DNA of 64,000 nt from a virus (lineage: Duplodnaviria > Caudoviricetes): the IMG/VR virus record IMGVR_UViG_3300029288_000056, positions 64,001 to 128,000 of that record; one strand, given 5' to 3'. The translations under genes were made by a program, and so were the position numbers. The notes under the pieces were generated by a model that was given only the letters and a program-made list of their open reading frames with translations, searched no databases and was not told where the DNA came from. Positions 39,143 through 47,822 of this stretch are shown one piece after another. Each line of letters starts with the position of its first letter. Positions within the stretch are counted from its first letter, which is position 1.

Positions 39143-39629
39143 TCCACTCCTTATACCTTGCGATTGCGTCATCAATCTGTTGTTGCGTGAAGAACGGTGT
39201 CTTCATCCAATAACGGTATTTAACCGCTCGGGTGTGATGATCCATACCTCTTGACCAACCTACCCGTCTCTCTTCGATTGGTTCATGCGCAATCCGTGGA
39301 TCATTGTAGAACCGTTTCCAAAGGTCTTGCGCTGAACCTGACGTGGTTGCGTCTTCATCTGAGGCAAGTGAACCGCAGATCTGCATCGCAATTAGATAGC
39401 AGAGAGCCCCATAGCCGCCTTCAGGGCCCCAACCATCTTCTACGGTCCAGTAATTATCCTGAAGACGAACACCCGTCATGCCATTTGGATCTCTAGTTTT
39501 TACTCGTCTCTGAGTAGTGTATATTTCTATATATTTGTAGTTAGTTTCGTTCCCGTCGCCGTTTTTCACGGCTACACTCTCAATAGATGGTAGTCCTGCG
39601 TTCAAAAGGAACTCGGTTAATACGCTCAT
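39135..39629 (-). CDS. Tagged GNAT-like protein
   Basis: MSVLTEFLLNA; GYGALCYLIAMQ. Confidence 0.75.
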   Translation of the reverse strand: MSVLTEFLLNAGLPSIESVAVKNGDGNETNYKYIEIYTTQRRVKTRDPNGMTGVRLQDNYWTVEDGWGPEGGYGALCYLIAMQICGSLASDEDATTSGSAQDLWKRFYNDPRIAHEPIEERRVGWSRGMDHHTRAVKYRYWMKTPFFTQQQIDDAIARYKEWSE

Positions 39630-39637
39630 GTACCCTC

Positions 39638-40072
39638 CTAGTGTAGTCCGGTGCCATCACATATACTGCAGTCTTCCGACTCGTCGTCGGTGAGCCCGGA
39701 TCCGAAACATGCTGGGCAAAGTCTAGCTAAAGTGTGTTTCTCACTCGCCAATGTGTCTCCCCATTTATGAAATGTATCGTTCATGTCCATCTGTACAAGA
39801 TCGCCATCGTCGGTTTGTCTCCAAACCTTGGCCGTCCTGTTACCGGAGCGCATGATACAATCCCAAATCGCATCCTCAACTGCTGGATAGCTTTCTTCAA
39901 TTGCTAGAATGACGTATTCCTGTGTCTCAGGGTTCCAAGTTATTACCTGTTTACCATCTACAAACACGTCGTTCCCGTCGTACACATAGTCGCCCGGTTC
40001 TGGGACTGGTTCTGCTAATAGGTCTGACGTCTCGTCAGTATAAGCAGCGTTTAAAAAGTCTGTAAGTCTCAT
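39638..40072 (-). CDS. Tagged acidic protein with a C-terminal CxxCxGxG zinc motif
   Basis: MRLTDFLNA; CPACFGSG...CSICDGTG. Confidence 0.7.
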   Translation of the reverse strand: MRLTDFLNAAYTDETSDLLAEPVPEPGDYVYDGNDVFVDGKQVITWNPETQEYVILAIEESYPAVEDAIWDCIMRSGNRTAKVWRQTDDGDLVQMDMNDTFHKWGDTLASEKHTLARLCPACFGSGLTDDESEDCSICDGTGLH

Positions 40073-40090
40073 AATATTCCTCCTTTTGTG

Positions 40091-40891
40091 TTAAATTCCT
40101 GTGCGCCAAAGACTGTCGTCAGCGTTCCAAGGAGATCCGTAAGGGTCCTCTATGTAGTCGTCATCGTCAAAAACTCTAATAGTTGTATCAACCGGTTTCG
40201 TCGGATCACCTGTCGGTAGATCGGATATCCTACCGCGGGCAAAACTACCCATCGGTCTTACAAACTCATCAGCCGTCCCATTCTGTCGCGCTTCATATAA
40301 GACTTGCGCGCTCTTTATTTCGTCTAACGGAATGAGTGGATGAAGCGCAGTTAGTTTATAGAGCATAGGATCGTCTTTGGCTAGCTCAAGTCTTTGAGCA
40401 TCCTTAGCTCTTTCTTGAATAAGTTCCCGTTTAACTTCGGGGCTTTTGAACATTCTCAAGAATGCGTTCTTTGCAGGAAAAGCGAGTGCGTTGTCGCTGA
40501 TGTCCATTGCTATTCCACCCTTATTCTGATAGAGCGTCAGTGCGACCCTAATTACGATGTCCACGTTTCCCGTGGCCCAGCCGATAATGAAGTGGTCCCC
40601 TTCTCGCGCTACTGCGATACCATCCTCTATTCTGCCTGAGCCGGCAGTTAGTAAGATGTACTCACCGATTCCAAAGTCTTTAAAGTGTAGGGCGAGTTCA
40701 CCCCAAGTACCGAGCCCCTCACCTTTTGTTACTGGTGTTGACGGAGGTAGAGCTAGTGCGCCTGTTGGTTGTATCTTATAATCAGGAAACTTTGCGGCCG
40801 TTAGAAACTCGGTCAGTAGGGACGGCTTTACTTCGCTGTACAACTCCGCCGGTATGACGGATTTCCTTGCTACGTATTCTAAACTTCTCAT
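40091..40891 (-). CDS. Tagged, degenerate GNAT-like protein
   Basis: SLLTEFLTAA near the N-terminus; GGIAMD...AKNAFLRMF resembles the family C-half. Confidence 0.55.
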   Translation of the reverse strand: MRSLEYVARKSVIPAELYSEVKPSLLTEFLTAAKFPDYKIQPTGALALPPSTPVTKGEGLGTWGELALHFKDFGIGEYILLTAGSGRIEDGIAVAREGDHFIIGWATGNVDIVIRVALTLYQNKGGIAMDISDNALAFPAKNAFLRMFKSPEVKRELIQERAKDAQRLELAKDDPMLYKLTALHPLIPLDEIKSAQVLYEARQNGTADEFVRPMGSFARGRISDLPTGDPTKPVDTTIRVFDDDDYIEDPYGSPWNADDSLWRTGI

Positions 40892-40899
40892 AATACTCC

Positions 40900-41562
40900 T
40901 TAATGATAAAAAAAGTTCCGCGTTGCTGAACCAAATTTAACTATTATTTCACTCTCGGTATACCACTGTTTCAAGTAGTCAACGACCTGTTGGTGTAAGG
41001 CCTTCTCTGCCGAAACGTCTATTTCTGGTCTTTTGACCTTATACGCAACACTCAACCAAGGGCCTCCATCAATATAGCCGTCCCCGCCGCATCGTTCGCA
41101 ATCTTCTTCGTCTCCGTCACAATCAGGACAAACCGTTTGTGGTGCGTCATATCTTTCTTCTCTTATTATATTTGAGTTAGGGTCTTGGCTATCTATAAGG
41201 AATCTGCGCCAAACTTCTGATGCTTCATCTGATGTTCTACCTGTTATATCAGAGGCTAACCCCTTCCCTCTCGCGGTACAATCTTGCATTGCCACAATAT
41301 AAAGGGTAGGTCCGTAACCTTGCTCAGCATAAGAGTATTCTATTGTATCCTCTTGTCTGTCCTCTTGATTGTCTGAATAAACAATAAGCATCGCTATCCC
41401 ATTGTTCTGAAGGATAGGCTCAAGATTTGCATGAGCCTTAAAAGCAGAATCGTAAGTGCCCGCCAAAATTGTGTCGGGATCGTACACAAAATAGAAGAAC
41501 TCCTCTCCACCGTGGTAGGTGAATAGGGCGAGTCCTGTTATATCGCGTCGGCCTGCTTGCAT
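40900..41562 (-). CDS. GNAT-like protein with an inserted zinc finger
   Basis: GYGPTLYIVAMQD...GLASD; CPDCDG...CERCGGDG. Confidence 0.75.
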   Translation of the reverse strand: MQAGRRDITGLALFTYHGGEEFFYFVYDPDTILAGTYDSAFKAHANLEPILQNNGIAMLIVYSDNQEDRQEDTIEYSYAEQGYGPTLYIVAMQDCTARGKGLASDITGRTSDEASEVWRRFLIDSQDPNSNIIREERYDAPQTVCPDCDGDEEDCERCGGDGYIDGGPWLSVAYKVKRPEIDVSAEKALHQQVVDYLKQWYTESEIIVKFGSATRNFFYH

Positions 41563-42168
41563 TTATCCGCCAGTTGAAAAGAATTGGTTCATTGCGTCTA
41601 ATAAAGCGCCTCTTATTTCGTCTTCGTCAAACCATTTCTTCAAATGAACGAAGACTTGTTCATTAAGAGTAGCTTCTGCGTCGACCTCAATGGTTGGGGT
41701 CTTGATCTTGTAATAGTGGTACTGCGGCTGTTCACTGTAAGGGTCTATAGTACCCCTACCGTCACAGTTGTCTCGATCAAAAGCCGTTATATTAGAGGTT
41801 GGGTCTTCACTGTCTTCAAGAAAACGGTACCAAACTCTCATAGCTTCACCTGAGGTCTGTCCTCTCTCGTCTGAGGCTAGGCCCTTACCCCTCGCCGTCG
41901 AGTCTTGCATTGCGAGGATATACATGGTCGGTCCGTAACCTTCTTTTGAGCGCGACAGCTTTATGGAATCGTAATTTCCACGATCAGTTGTGATTAGCAT
42001 ACCGATTCCGGCATGCATAAATGTGTTGCGCAAATCATTCCTAGAAAGACCGTAGAAGTTCTCACCAAAAAGGGAGGCGGATTCATAAGCATAATAGTAA
42101 TAGTAACCGCCCGTTGCGTAGTAGAAGTAGGCGAAACCCTTTATCTCTTGGCGTACCGCGTTTAACAT
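41563..42168 (-). CDS. GNAT-like protein
   Basis: MLNA leader; GYGPTMYILAMQD...GLASD. Confidence 0.75.
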   Translation of the reverse strand: MLNAVRQEIKGFAYFYYATGGYYYYYAYESASLFGENFYGLSRNDLRNTFMHAGIGMLITTDRGNYDSIKLSRSKEGYGPTMYILAMQDSTARGKGLASDERGQTSGEAMRVWYRFLEDSEDPTSNITAFDRDNCDGRGTIDPYSEQPQYHYYKIKTPTIEVDAEATLNEQVFVHLKKWFDEDEIRGALLDAMNQFFSTGG

Positions 42169-42713
42169 TAATAGAATCTCTCCGTCACATCATTAAACGT
42201 ATCTGTTATCTCTTCAAGTGTAAACTGTTGACGTAGAAATTCCACTACTTTATTGTTATTTTTAATCTCAGTAGATACATCAACAATTTGTCTAGACACC
42301 ATAAATGCAGCCGATGCCGATGGGGCTTTAATTATACCAGAACCAGCCTTTTGACTATCTCTTTCAAAATGATCCCAAACTGATTGAGCTTCTTCCGACG
42401 TTTCTCCGTCGTCATCAGAGGTAAGCCCAACCCCTCGTTTAGTGGCTTCTTGCATAGCAACGATATATAGAGTGGGCCCATAACCCTCTACCTCAGATCT
42501 TGCCCACTCTACAGACTCGTAGCCACCATGATCTTCTACACCTAACATTGCGCATCCAACTTCACTAAGTGCATCATAAAGGGTAGATGTGTCACCAATA
42601 TCCTCAAGATTTAAATTTAATATTGGGTCTGGGTCGTATATATAATACCAAAAGTCATAGGTTTCTCCTATAAAAAGAGCCATACCCCTTATACTTCTTC
42701 TAGCTGCTTGCAT
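42168..42713 (-). CDS. GNAT-like protein
   Basis: MQAA leader; GYGPTLYIVAMQE...GLTSD. Confidence 0.75.
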   Translation of the reverse strand: MQAARRSIRGMALFIGETYDFWYYIYDPDPILNLNLEDIGDTSTLYDALSEVGCAMLGVEDHGGYESVEWARSEVEGYGPTLYIVAMQEATKRGVGLTSDDDGETSEEAQSVWDHFERDSQKAGSGIIKAPSASAAFMVSRQIVDVSTEIKNNNKVVEFLRQQFTLEEITDTFNDVTERFY

Positions 42714-42714
42714 A

Positions 42715-43332
42715 TTACTCCTTTAAAAAATTACTCAAAGATGCTACCCTTCTTGGGCCACTGTAACTACGGCTAAACATTATATCCGCGAGAGACCACA
42801 AGAGATCCTCGTAGTTTAAGCTGGTACGTATAATGTAAGGCCCGTCTGTACCGTGGCAATTGGATATGTCGGTATTACCTTTCGCAGTCTGGTGGTTTGC
42901 GTAAGCTTGCGCGGTGTCAACCAGTTGGCGGTCGGTTTTAAACACGTAGTTAGCGCTCACAAAGACATTCTCTCTTCTTATATCCCTTTCCTTTGTGATA
43001 CCAGAATTAGGGTCGTTTGAGATTTCGTAGAACTTGTCCCAAACCCTCACCGCGGAAGGTGACGGTTGGCCGTCAGATTCGATACCCTCTGGGCTTTCTT
43101 GCATTGCAATCATATACATCGTAGGTCCATAGCCTTCAGCGGCGACAGGACCGTGGATATTGTTGTCTTCCACTTCAATCTTCCCAAAAACCGGCCGTTT
43201 GATGTGAGACCTGAAGTCTCGCGCGTTGATGATGTCTTGGATGATTGTGTGATCGTACAATACATACAAAGATCCTGACGAAAAGAACGGTCGCTTACAC
43301 AGGGCGAGATTAGATATATTGGTTTGTAACAT
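42715..43332 (-). CDS. GNAT-like protein with C-terminal tag
   Basis: GYGPTMYMIAMQ...SPSAVRVWDKFY; ends VASLSNFLKE. Confidence 0.75.
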   Translation of the reverse strand: MLQTNISNLALCKRPFFSSGSLYVLYDHTIIQDIINARDFRSHIKRPVFGKIEVEDNNIHGPVAAEGYGPTMYMIAMQESPEGIESDGQPSPSAVRVWDKFYEISNDPNSGITKERDIRRENVFVSANYVFKTDRQLVDTAQAYANHQTAKGNTDISNCHGTDGPYIIRTSLNYEDLLWSLADIMFSRSYSGPRRVASLSNFLKE

Positions 43333-43975
43333 TTCTCCACCATTTTACAAATTCGTCTCTTGATTGCCAATGGTTCGGTCGGTTAACCAACCCAACCCCA
43401 TCGGGTATATCCTCTAGTCTATCCATCAACCCTTTGTCGGCAAAGTGAACCGATTTGCCGCGGCCAACTGATAAAGAGAGATACAAATCGTCGTTGAAGA
43501 TCGCTTCACTGCGATACATCGGATTCTGTGCAATGAGACCAAGACTGACCTTGGCGAGCAGGTCCTTAGAAAGCATTACAAAGCGACCTTTGATTATCGG
43601 CACAAAACCCCACGCATCTAGTGCGGTGGAGTAAGGTTTGTCTCCAATAGAAAGGTTGCGGCCAAAGGCGCCAGTAAGAACGTCAGGGTGTCGTTGGTGC
43701 ACTTCAAACGCGTCCTTAAGAAAGTCGTCGTCCTTAGGTAAGAGGTCGTCATCCATAAATACGATAGTCTGGTACTTGGAGAAGGGCGCTAAAACGATTC
43801 GCGCTAGACAACCCATATTCCAAGTTGAGTAGACGGTCTGATCTCCTTCAACCAAGTCGTCCTGTCGGTTATTGATGACTATTATCTCATTCTCTATAGT
43901 TTGCTGTCGCAGTTTGTCAATCAGTTTGCGCAACTGTGCGGGCCGACTATAGTTGAGAAGTATTATCGATATCAT
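43310..43975 (-). CDS. GT2-like glycosyltransferase (untagged)
   Basis: ISIILLNYSR; EIIVINN; VFMDDD; DDLYLS. Confidence 0.8.
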   Translation of the reverse strand: MISIILLNYSRPAQLRKLIDKLRQQTIENEIIVINNRQDDLVEGDQTVYSTWNMGCLARIVLAPFSKYQTIVFMDDDLLPKDDDFLKDAFEVHQRHPDVLTGAFGRNLSIGDKPYSTALDAWGFVPIIKGRFVMLSKDLLAKVSLGLIAQNPMYRSEAIFNDDLYLSLSVGRGKSVHFADKGLMDRLEDIPDGVGLVNRPNHWQSRDEFVKWWRNVTNQYI

Positions 43976-46937
43976 TTAATAAGAACCTCGTTAGTTTACT
44001 TGCTGCAATTGTCTCAGGAAGACCGTACTTCGTTCTAAAGTCTCGACAGGATCGTATTGCACTGTCAGATTGCATTTGTCCCATAAGCTCTAGAATCTTA
44101 GGAGTGCCGGCGAGGCGGATAACCTCAGGAATCTTCAGTTGATCTTCTTTTGTAGAATTAGGCTGTAAAGCCCACTTAGCGAATTGGTAGAATGTAAACC
44201 GGTTATAAACTATCAGCTTTGCCAAGGTCTGTGCGTTTAAATGGGAATAGATTATATATACTTTAGTGTCACCCATTGAACTTACACCGCCCGTATTCCA
44301 AATTCTGTCTGCGATATAGGGGGCGCTCCAATCTCGTACTGTCCAGATTTGCGGATTCATTTCTCCCGCTCTGATCCAGTCGTCTATACTAAGCGACTCC
44401 CACGGCAATGAGACTAGAGTCTCAGGATTGTTCAGGGCGATCTCTCGGGCAATTCGCTGACCGGTACTACCAATGTCTGTGCCCGGTGGTATATCCTTCA
44501 TGTACTCTTCCGCAATCGGCAAGAACAACGCTCTCGCGTCCGAATTGTACTCGAGAATGTAGAAGAATTGGTACCAACGATCGGGTTTCTCCATCAACTT
44601 CGGTTTAACTCGCGCAAAGAACAGATTCCAGTCTATACCAAAGGCCTTAAGGATGTTAACCCAACTAGAACTCTCCAACCTATCCATCACGTCATTATAT
44701 ATTCGTTCATCTACCGTGCCTATCATCCCGATATGAGTGATGACGAACAGATCTTTTATATCCATGGACAATTGTGCCCAATTTGCGGTCGAAAGTACAG
44801 TCTTCAACTTAGTCACCCTTGCGTCATCTGGGGCTATAGGGCCACTGGTGTTAACGAGTATATTAAGTATTGTAGAAGGACTGAAGGTGTCTGCAATTCT
44901 CGGATTCAATGCCGTTACTCGTGCTAACCAGCTTGGGTCAAGCGCGCCTTCTGGAATAGTAACGCCCGCCAACATAAGGTTGGCATAACTTGCGCCCGAA
45001 CGGCCCGCCATCATATATAGGATGTCTTGCGGAACCGTCTTGAGTATGTCGATCGTGGTTTGGGGTAACGTAGCGAAAGTCTCGGGTATAACCATTGTGA
45101 ATAGTATCTTAATCCAATTAGGGTACTGAGTAATGACGTCTTTAACGTCCTGACCATCGTACTCTACCTCGGTTCGTCTGTCACCCCTCGACACACTCCT
45201 AAATGCGTCCGCGTAGTTAGCGAGGACGGGGTGAGTCTTCATAAGTGTGAGGTACTTCTTAAGCAAGTAGTACTTGGCGGGTGTAACCGTCTTACCCTCG
45301 AGCTTCGGAATAAGGTACTGACCCAACTTACGACCGCTGACTACGAGGGTGAAGATTTGATCACCGGTCAACTCAACGCCCTGTTGAGTTAATGAGGCCA
45401 TGAAGGTCGTAAACTGTGTCTTATTCTTAATCGCATTGTCGGCTGCGTATAGGAAGTCGTCCATTGTACCAGCCTGTTGAATACTGCTCATTACGCGATC
45501 CATCATTTGATACTTAAGGGCTATGCTTAAGACGTAAGAGGAAGGTATCCTTCCGTTAGAAACCAAGTAGTCGAAGAGCTCTTTGGCTAAGTCGGCAATA
45601 TCGGGTAAGGAGAACAGTTGGTCAAAGGTTCGGTTCCAATCGCTGATTCGGTTACGACCAATGGTTTCAAAGGCCGCGTTCTTATCTAAGAGGTTGGCCT
45701 GTACTAGGTATAAGATGTCCTTAGGCTCACTGACCAATATACCCAAGTAGTTGCGTAGCTCGCTATTCATACCTATCAATCTTGTTATACGATCAACCGT
45801 CATATTACTAATGATGAATGGGTATCCTGAGTTCTGAGCAAAGTCGATCATTGAAGGTTTACGTGCTAATAACGTATCTACTAGATCATCCTTACGATTT
45901 TGAATAGCCCATCTTACCAAATCTCTCTGTGCCCTCTCCTGCATTGAGTCAAAATAATTGATATCCATTCCTACAAGTAACCCTAGATCGTCTTTTGATA
46001 GGTTGTTATAATCGATTTGATCCTTAAAATAAGGATTCCCGCTAGTTAATTGCTGCACCATATAAGTCTGTGGAATCGTATAGTTTCCTACACCTTTTCG
46101 GTTAAGAATCTCCCATAGGAAGGCGCCGCGCTCTGGGGTAGAATATAAGAAAGAACCAATCGGTGTAGACGGATTCATATTGTCTATGCACAAGGGCATC
46201 CATTTCCTCATATCCGCGGTGATTAGTTCGTTCCACATACCCGGTCCTAACAGCTTTATGATCTCAGGGGTTGGTTCAATACTTCCATCTATTAGACCGG
46301 CGAGAGTCGCAGGGTCGATGTATGTAACGGTGTAACTCGTATTCCCCAAGGTCCAATGCGCTCTACGTTCAACATTACTATAGGCACGACTGAAGAGAGC
46401 CCCAGCCGCGTCCTTAAGTTTGTCGTTGGTTATATCGGGGTGTTCCGCTTGAAGGCTTTGCCCAAGAGCGAGGGCGGCGTCCATCGGTTCAATGATGGTA
46501 GTAATGTAGTAGACGTAGTCTTTAGGGTTGTCAGCCTGCATTGTGTCGTCGGTAACGCGTTGAGTCGCTTTAACGGGGGATCCGGGCTGCCGAGAGTCCA
46601 AGAGGAATCTCGCATAGACCGGTTCAGCGTCACCGGAGGTTGAACCAGAAGCATCTGATGCAATCCCCTTCCCGTCTTGCCACGCCCTTTGAGCACCACA
46701 GACATAGGCCGTTGGCCCGATTTCGAGCCGTTTGTTTCCGGCCGAGTTCTGCACTGTATAGTAGTCGCCGCGTTCGTTGTACGACAACCGTACGTACCCG
46801 ACTGCATCTATACCGAAACGCTCCTCAGCGTTGTACCTCCATATAATAACGTAGATACTTCCAGCTAGACTCTGTCCAATGAACGACAGGGCAAATTCGT
46901 TACCTAGCGATCTTCTCGCTGCACTTAAACGATTCAT
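43947..46937 (-). CDS. 996-aa protein: N-terminal GNAT-like domain, long helical body, C-terminal tag
   Basis: IGPTAY...GIASDASGSTSGDAEPVYARF; ends AASKLTRFLLN. Confidence 0.75.
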   Translation of the reverse strand: MNRLSAARRSLGNEFALSFIGQSLAGSIYVIIWRYNAEERFGIDAVGYVRLSYNERGDYYTVQNSAGNKRLEIGPTAYVCGAQRAWQDGKGIASDASGSTSGDAEPVYARFLLDSRQPGSPVKATQRVTDDTMQADNPKDYVYYITTIIEPMDAALALGQSLQAEHPDITNDKLKDAAGALFSRAYSNVERRAHWTLGNTSYTVTYIDPATLAGLIDGSIEPTPEIIKLLGPGMWNELITADMRKWMPLCIDNMNPSTPIGSFLYSTPERGAFLWEILNRKGVGNYTIPQTYMVQQLTSGNPYFKDQIDYNNLSKDDLGLLVGMDINYFDSMQERAQRDLVRWAIQNRKDDLVDTLLARKPSMIDFAQNSGYPFIISNMTVDRITRLIGMNSELRNYLGILVSEPKDILYLVQANLLDKNAAFETIGRNRISDWNRTFDQLFSLPDIADLAKELFDYLVSNGRIPSSYVLSIALKYQMMDRVMSSIQQAGTMDDFLYAADNAIKNKTQFTTFMASLTQQGVELTGDQIFTLVVSGRKLGQYLIPKLEGKTVTPAKYYLLKKYLTLMKTHPVLANYADAFRSVSRGDRRTEVEYDGQDVKDVITQYPNWIKILFTMVIPETFATLPQTTIDILKTVPQDILYMMAGRSGASYANLMLAGVTIPEGALDPSWLARVTALNPRIADTFSPSTILNILVNTSGPIAPDDARVTKLKTVLSTANWAQLSMDIKDLFVITHIGMIGTVDERIYNDVMDRLESSSWVNILKAFGIDWNLFFARVKPKLMEKPDRWYQFFYILEYNSDARALFLPIAEEYMKDIPPGTDIGSTGQRIAREIALNNPETLVSLPWESLSIDDWIRAGEMNPQIWTVRDWSAPYIADRIWNTGGVSSMGDTKVYIIYSHLNAQTLAKLIVYNRFTFYQFAKWALQPNSTKEDQLKIPEVIRLAGTPKILELMGQMQSDSAIRSCRDFRTKYGLPETIAASKLTRFLLNDIDNTSQL

Positions 46938-46948
46938 ATTTCCTCCAT

Positions 46949-46975
46949 AAAAAAAAGAACGGTTATTTACCGTTC
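46949..46975 (-). terminator. Intrinsic terminator at the head of the array
   Basis: GAACGGT-AAATA-ACCGTTC followed by T8. Confidence 0.7.
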
Positions 46976-46976
46976 A

Positions 46977-46985
46977 ATTATATCA
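46977..46985 (-). promoter_or_regulatory. Extended -10 element
   Basis: TGaTATAAT directly upstream of the hairpin; no good -35. Confidence 0.45.
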
Positions 46986-47153
46986 AAAACCCTCGCTTAA
47001 ATTAACAGGGTTCTATTATGTCGGAAATTATTTTACGCACCTTTTCTTCGGGATCGTCAGCGCCGTCGAATGACTTGCAGAATAAGAGGCCTTCCTTATC
47101 TTTACAGATCTCGTAGCAGAATTCGTAAAAAGAGCACTTAGGACAAAGATCAT

Positions 47154-47822
47154 TCATTCAAACATCTCCCCTAATGACTTAAAGAATGCGCGAATCTTAC
47201 TTCTTTTAGGAACCCACTCATAAGACAGATACGGCTCTAGAGAAAATTCACACACATAACCACCTCTGTGATGAGGGCAGGTGAAACAGTCCTTTTGAAC
47301 AGAGGTACACCATTGAGGATTCGGTTTGTCAGAGTAGCCGCGCTTTTTTACGGGGCGAAAGATGATGTCTTCAAACTTACACTTATGCTTTATCAGGAAA
47401 GGACAGTCACAACTCTCTATTGATCCGTCATCATTATAAGTCGCAATACATCTCCATTTATTACAGAGTTTTTGATCAGGCAGCGCAAGCCAATTGATCT
47501 TATCCGTCAGAGGCTCGGCTTGACCAGTGATAATGTTCTTCAGCTTTTGATCACTGTAGTACTTGGCACCCTTTCGGCGGTATTTTTCGTAGGCCTCTTT
47601 CCATTCTTGTTCTTTAGCCGCGCGCTCTACGCCGGTATACTGACTGGTCGACGGGTATGTTGACCATTCGCCCGAGTTTTGTCCAATGGACATCCTATAA
47701 CCCGGCATCTCTCCACTACATGCCATATTATTTCTCCTCGCAAGGTCTTTCCAATAGCCTTTTGGAAATACCCAATCCTGTAATTTGTGTTGATACCCCT
47801 TAGTTATTTGTATTGGGTGCAT
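47154..47822 (-). CDS. Cys-rich hypothetical protein
   Basis: Long ORF in an operon-like run. Confidence 0.65.
   Translation of the reverse strand: MHPIQITKGYQHKLQDWVFPKGYWKDLARRNNMACSGEMPGYRMSIGQNSGEWSTYPSTSQYTGVERAAKEQEWKEAYEKYRRKGAKYYSDQKLKNIITGQAEPLTDKINWLALPDQKLCNKWRCIATYNDDGSIESCDCPFLIKHKCKFEDIIFRPVKKRGYSDKPNPQWCTSVQKDCFTCPHHRGGYVCEFSLEPYLSYEWVPKRSKIRAFFKSLGEMFE

Noticed and set aside
3969-43332. Gly/Glu instead of Ala after C-terminal tag copies as a functional signal
   Set aside because: These codons overlap the next gene's Shine-Dalgarno sequence (AGAGGA, GGAG, GGGG), which explains them.
1-46937. Tag as a DNA repeat, attC-like cassette site or CRISPR repeat
   Set aside because: The nucleotide sequences vary at synonymous positions, are always in frame, and show no palindromic or regularly spaced structure; no integrase or cas genes are in the window.
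1-46937. Tag as a Sec/Tat signal peptide
   Set aside because: It is too short, has no long hydrophobic core, and also occurs internally and at C-termini.
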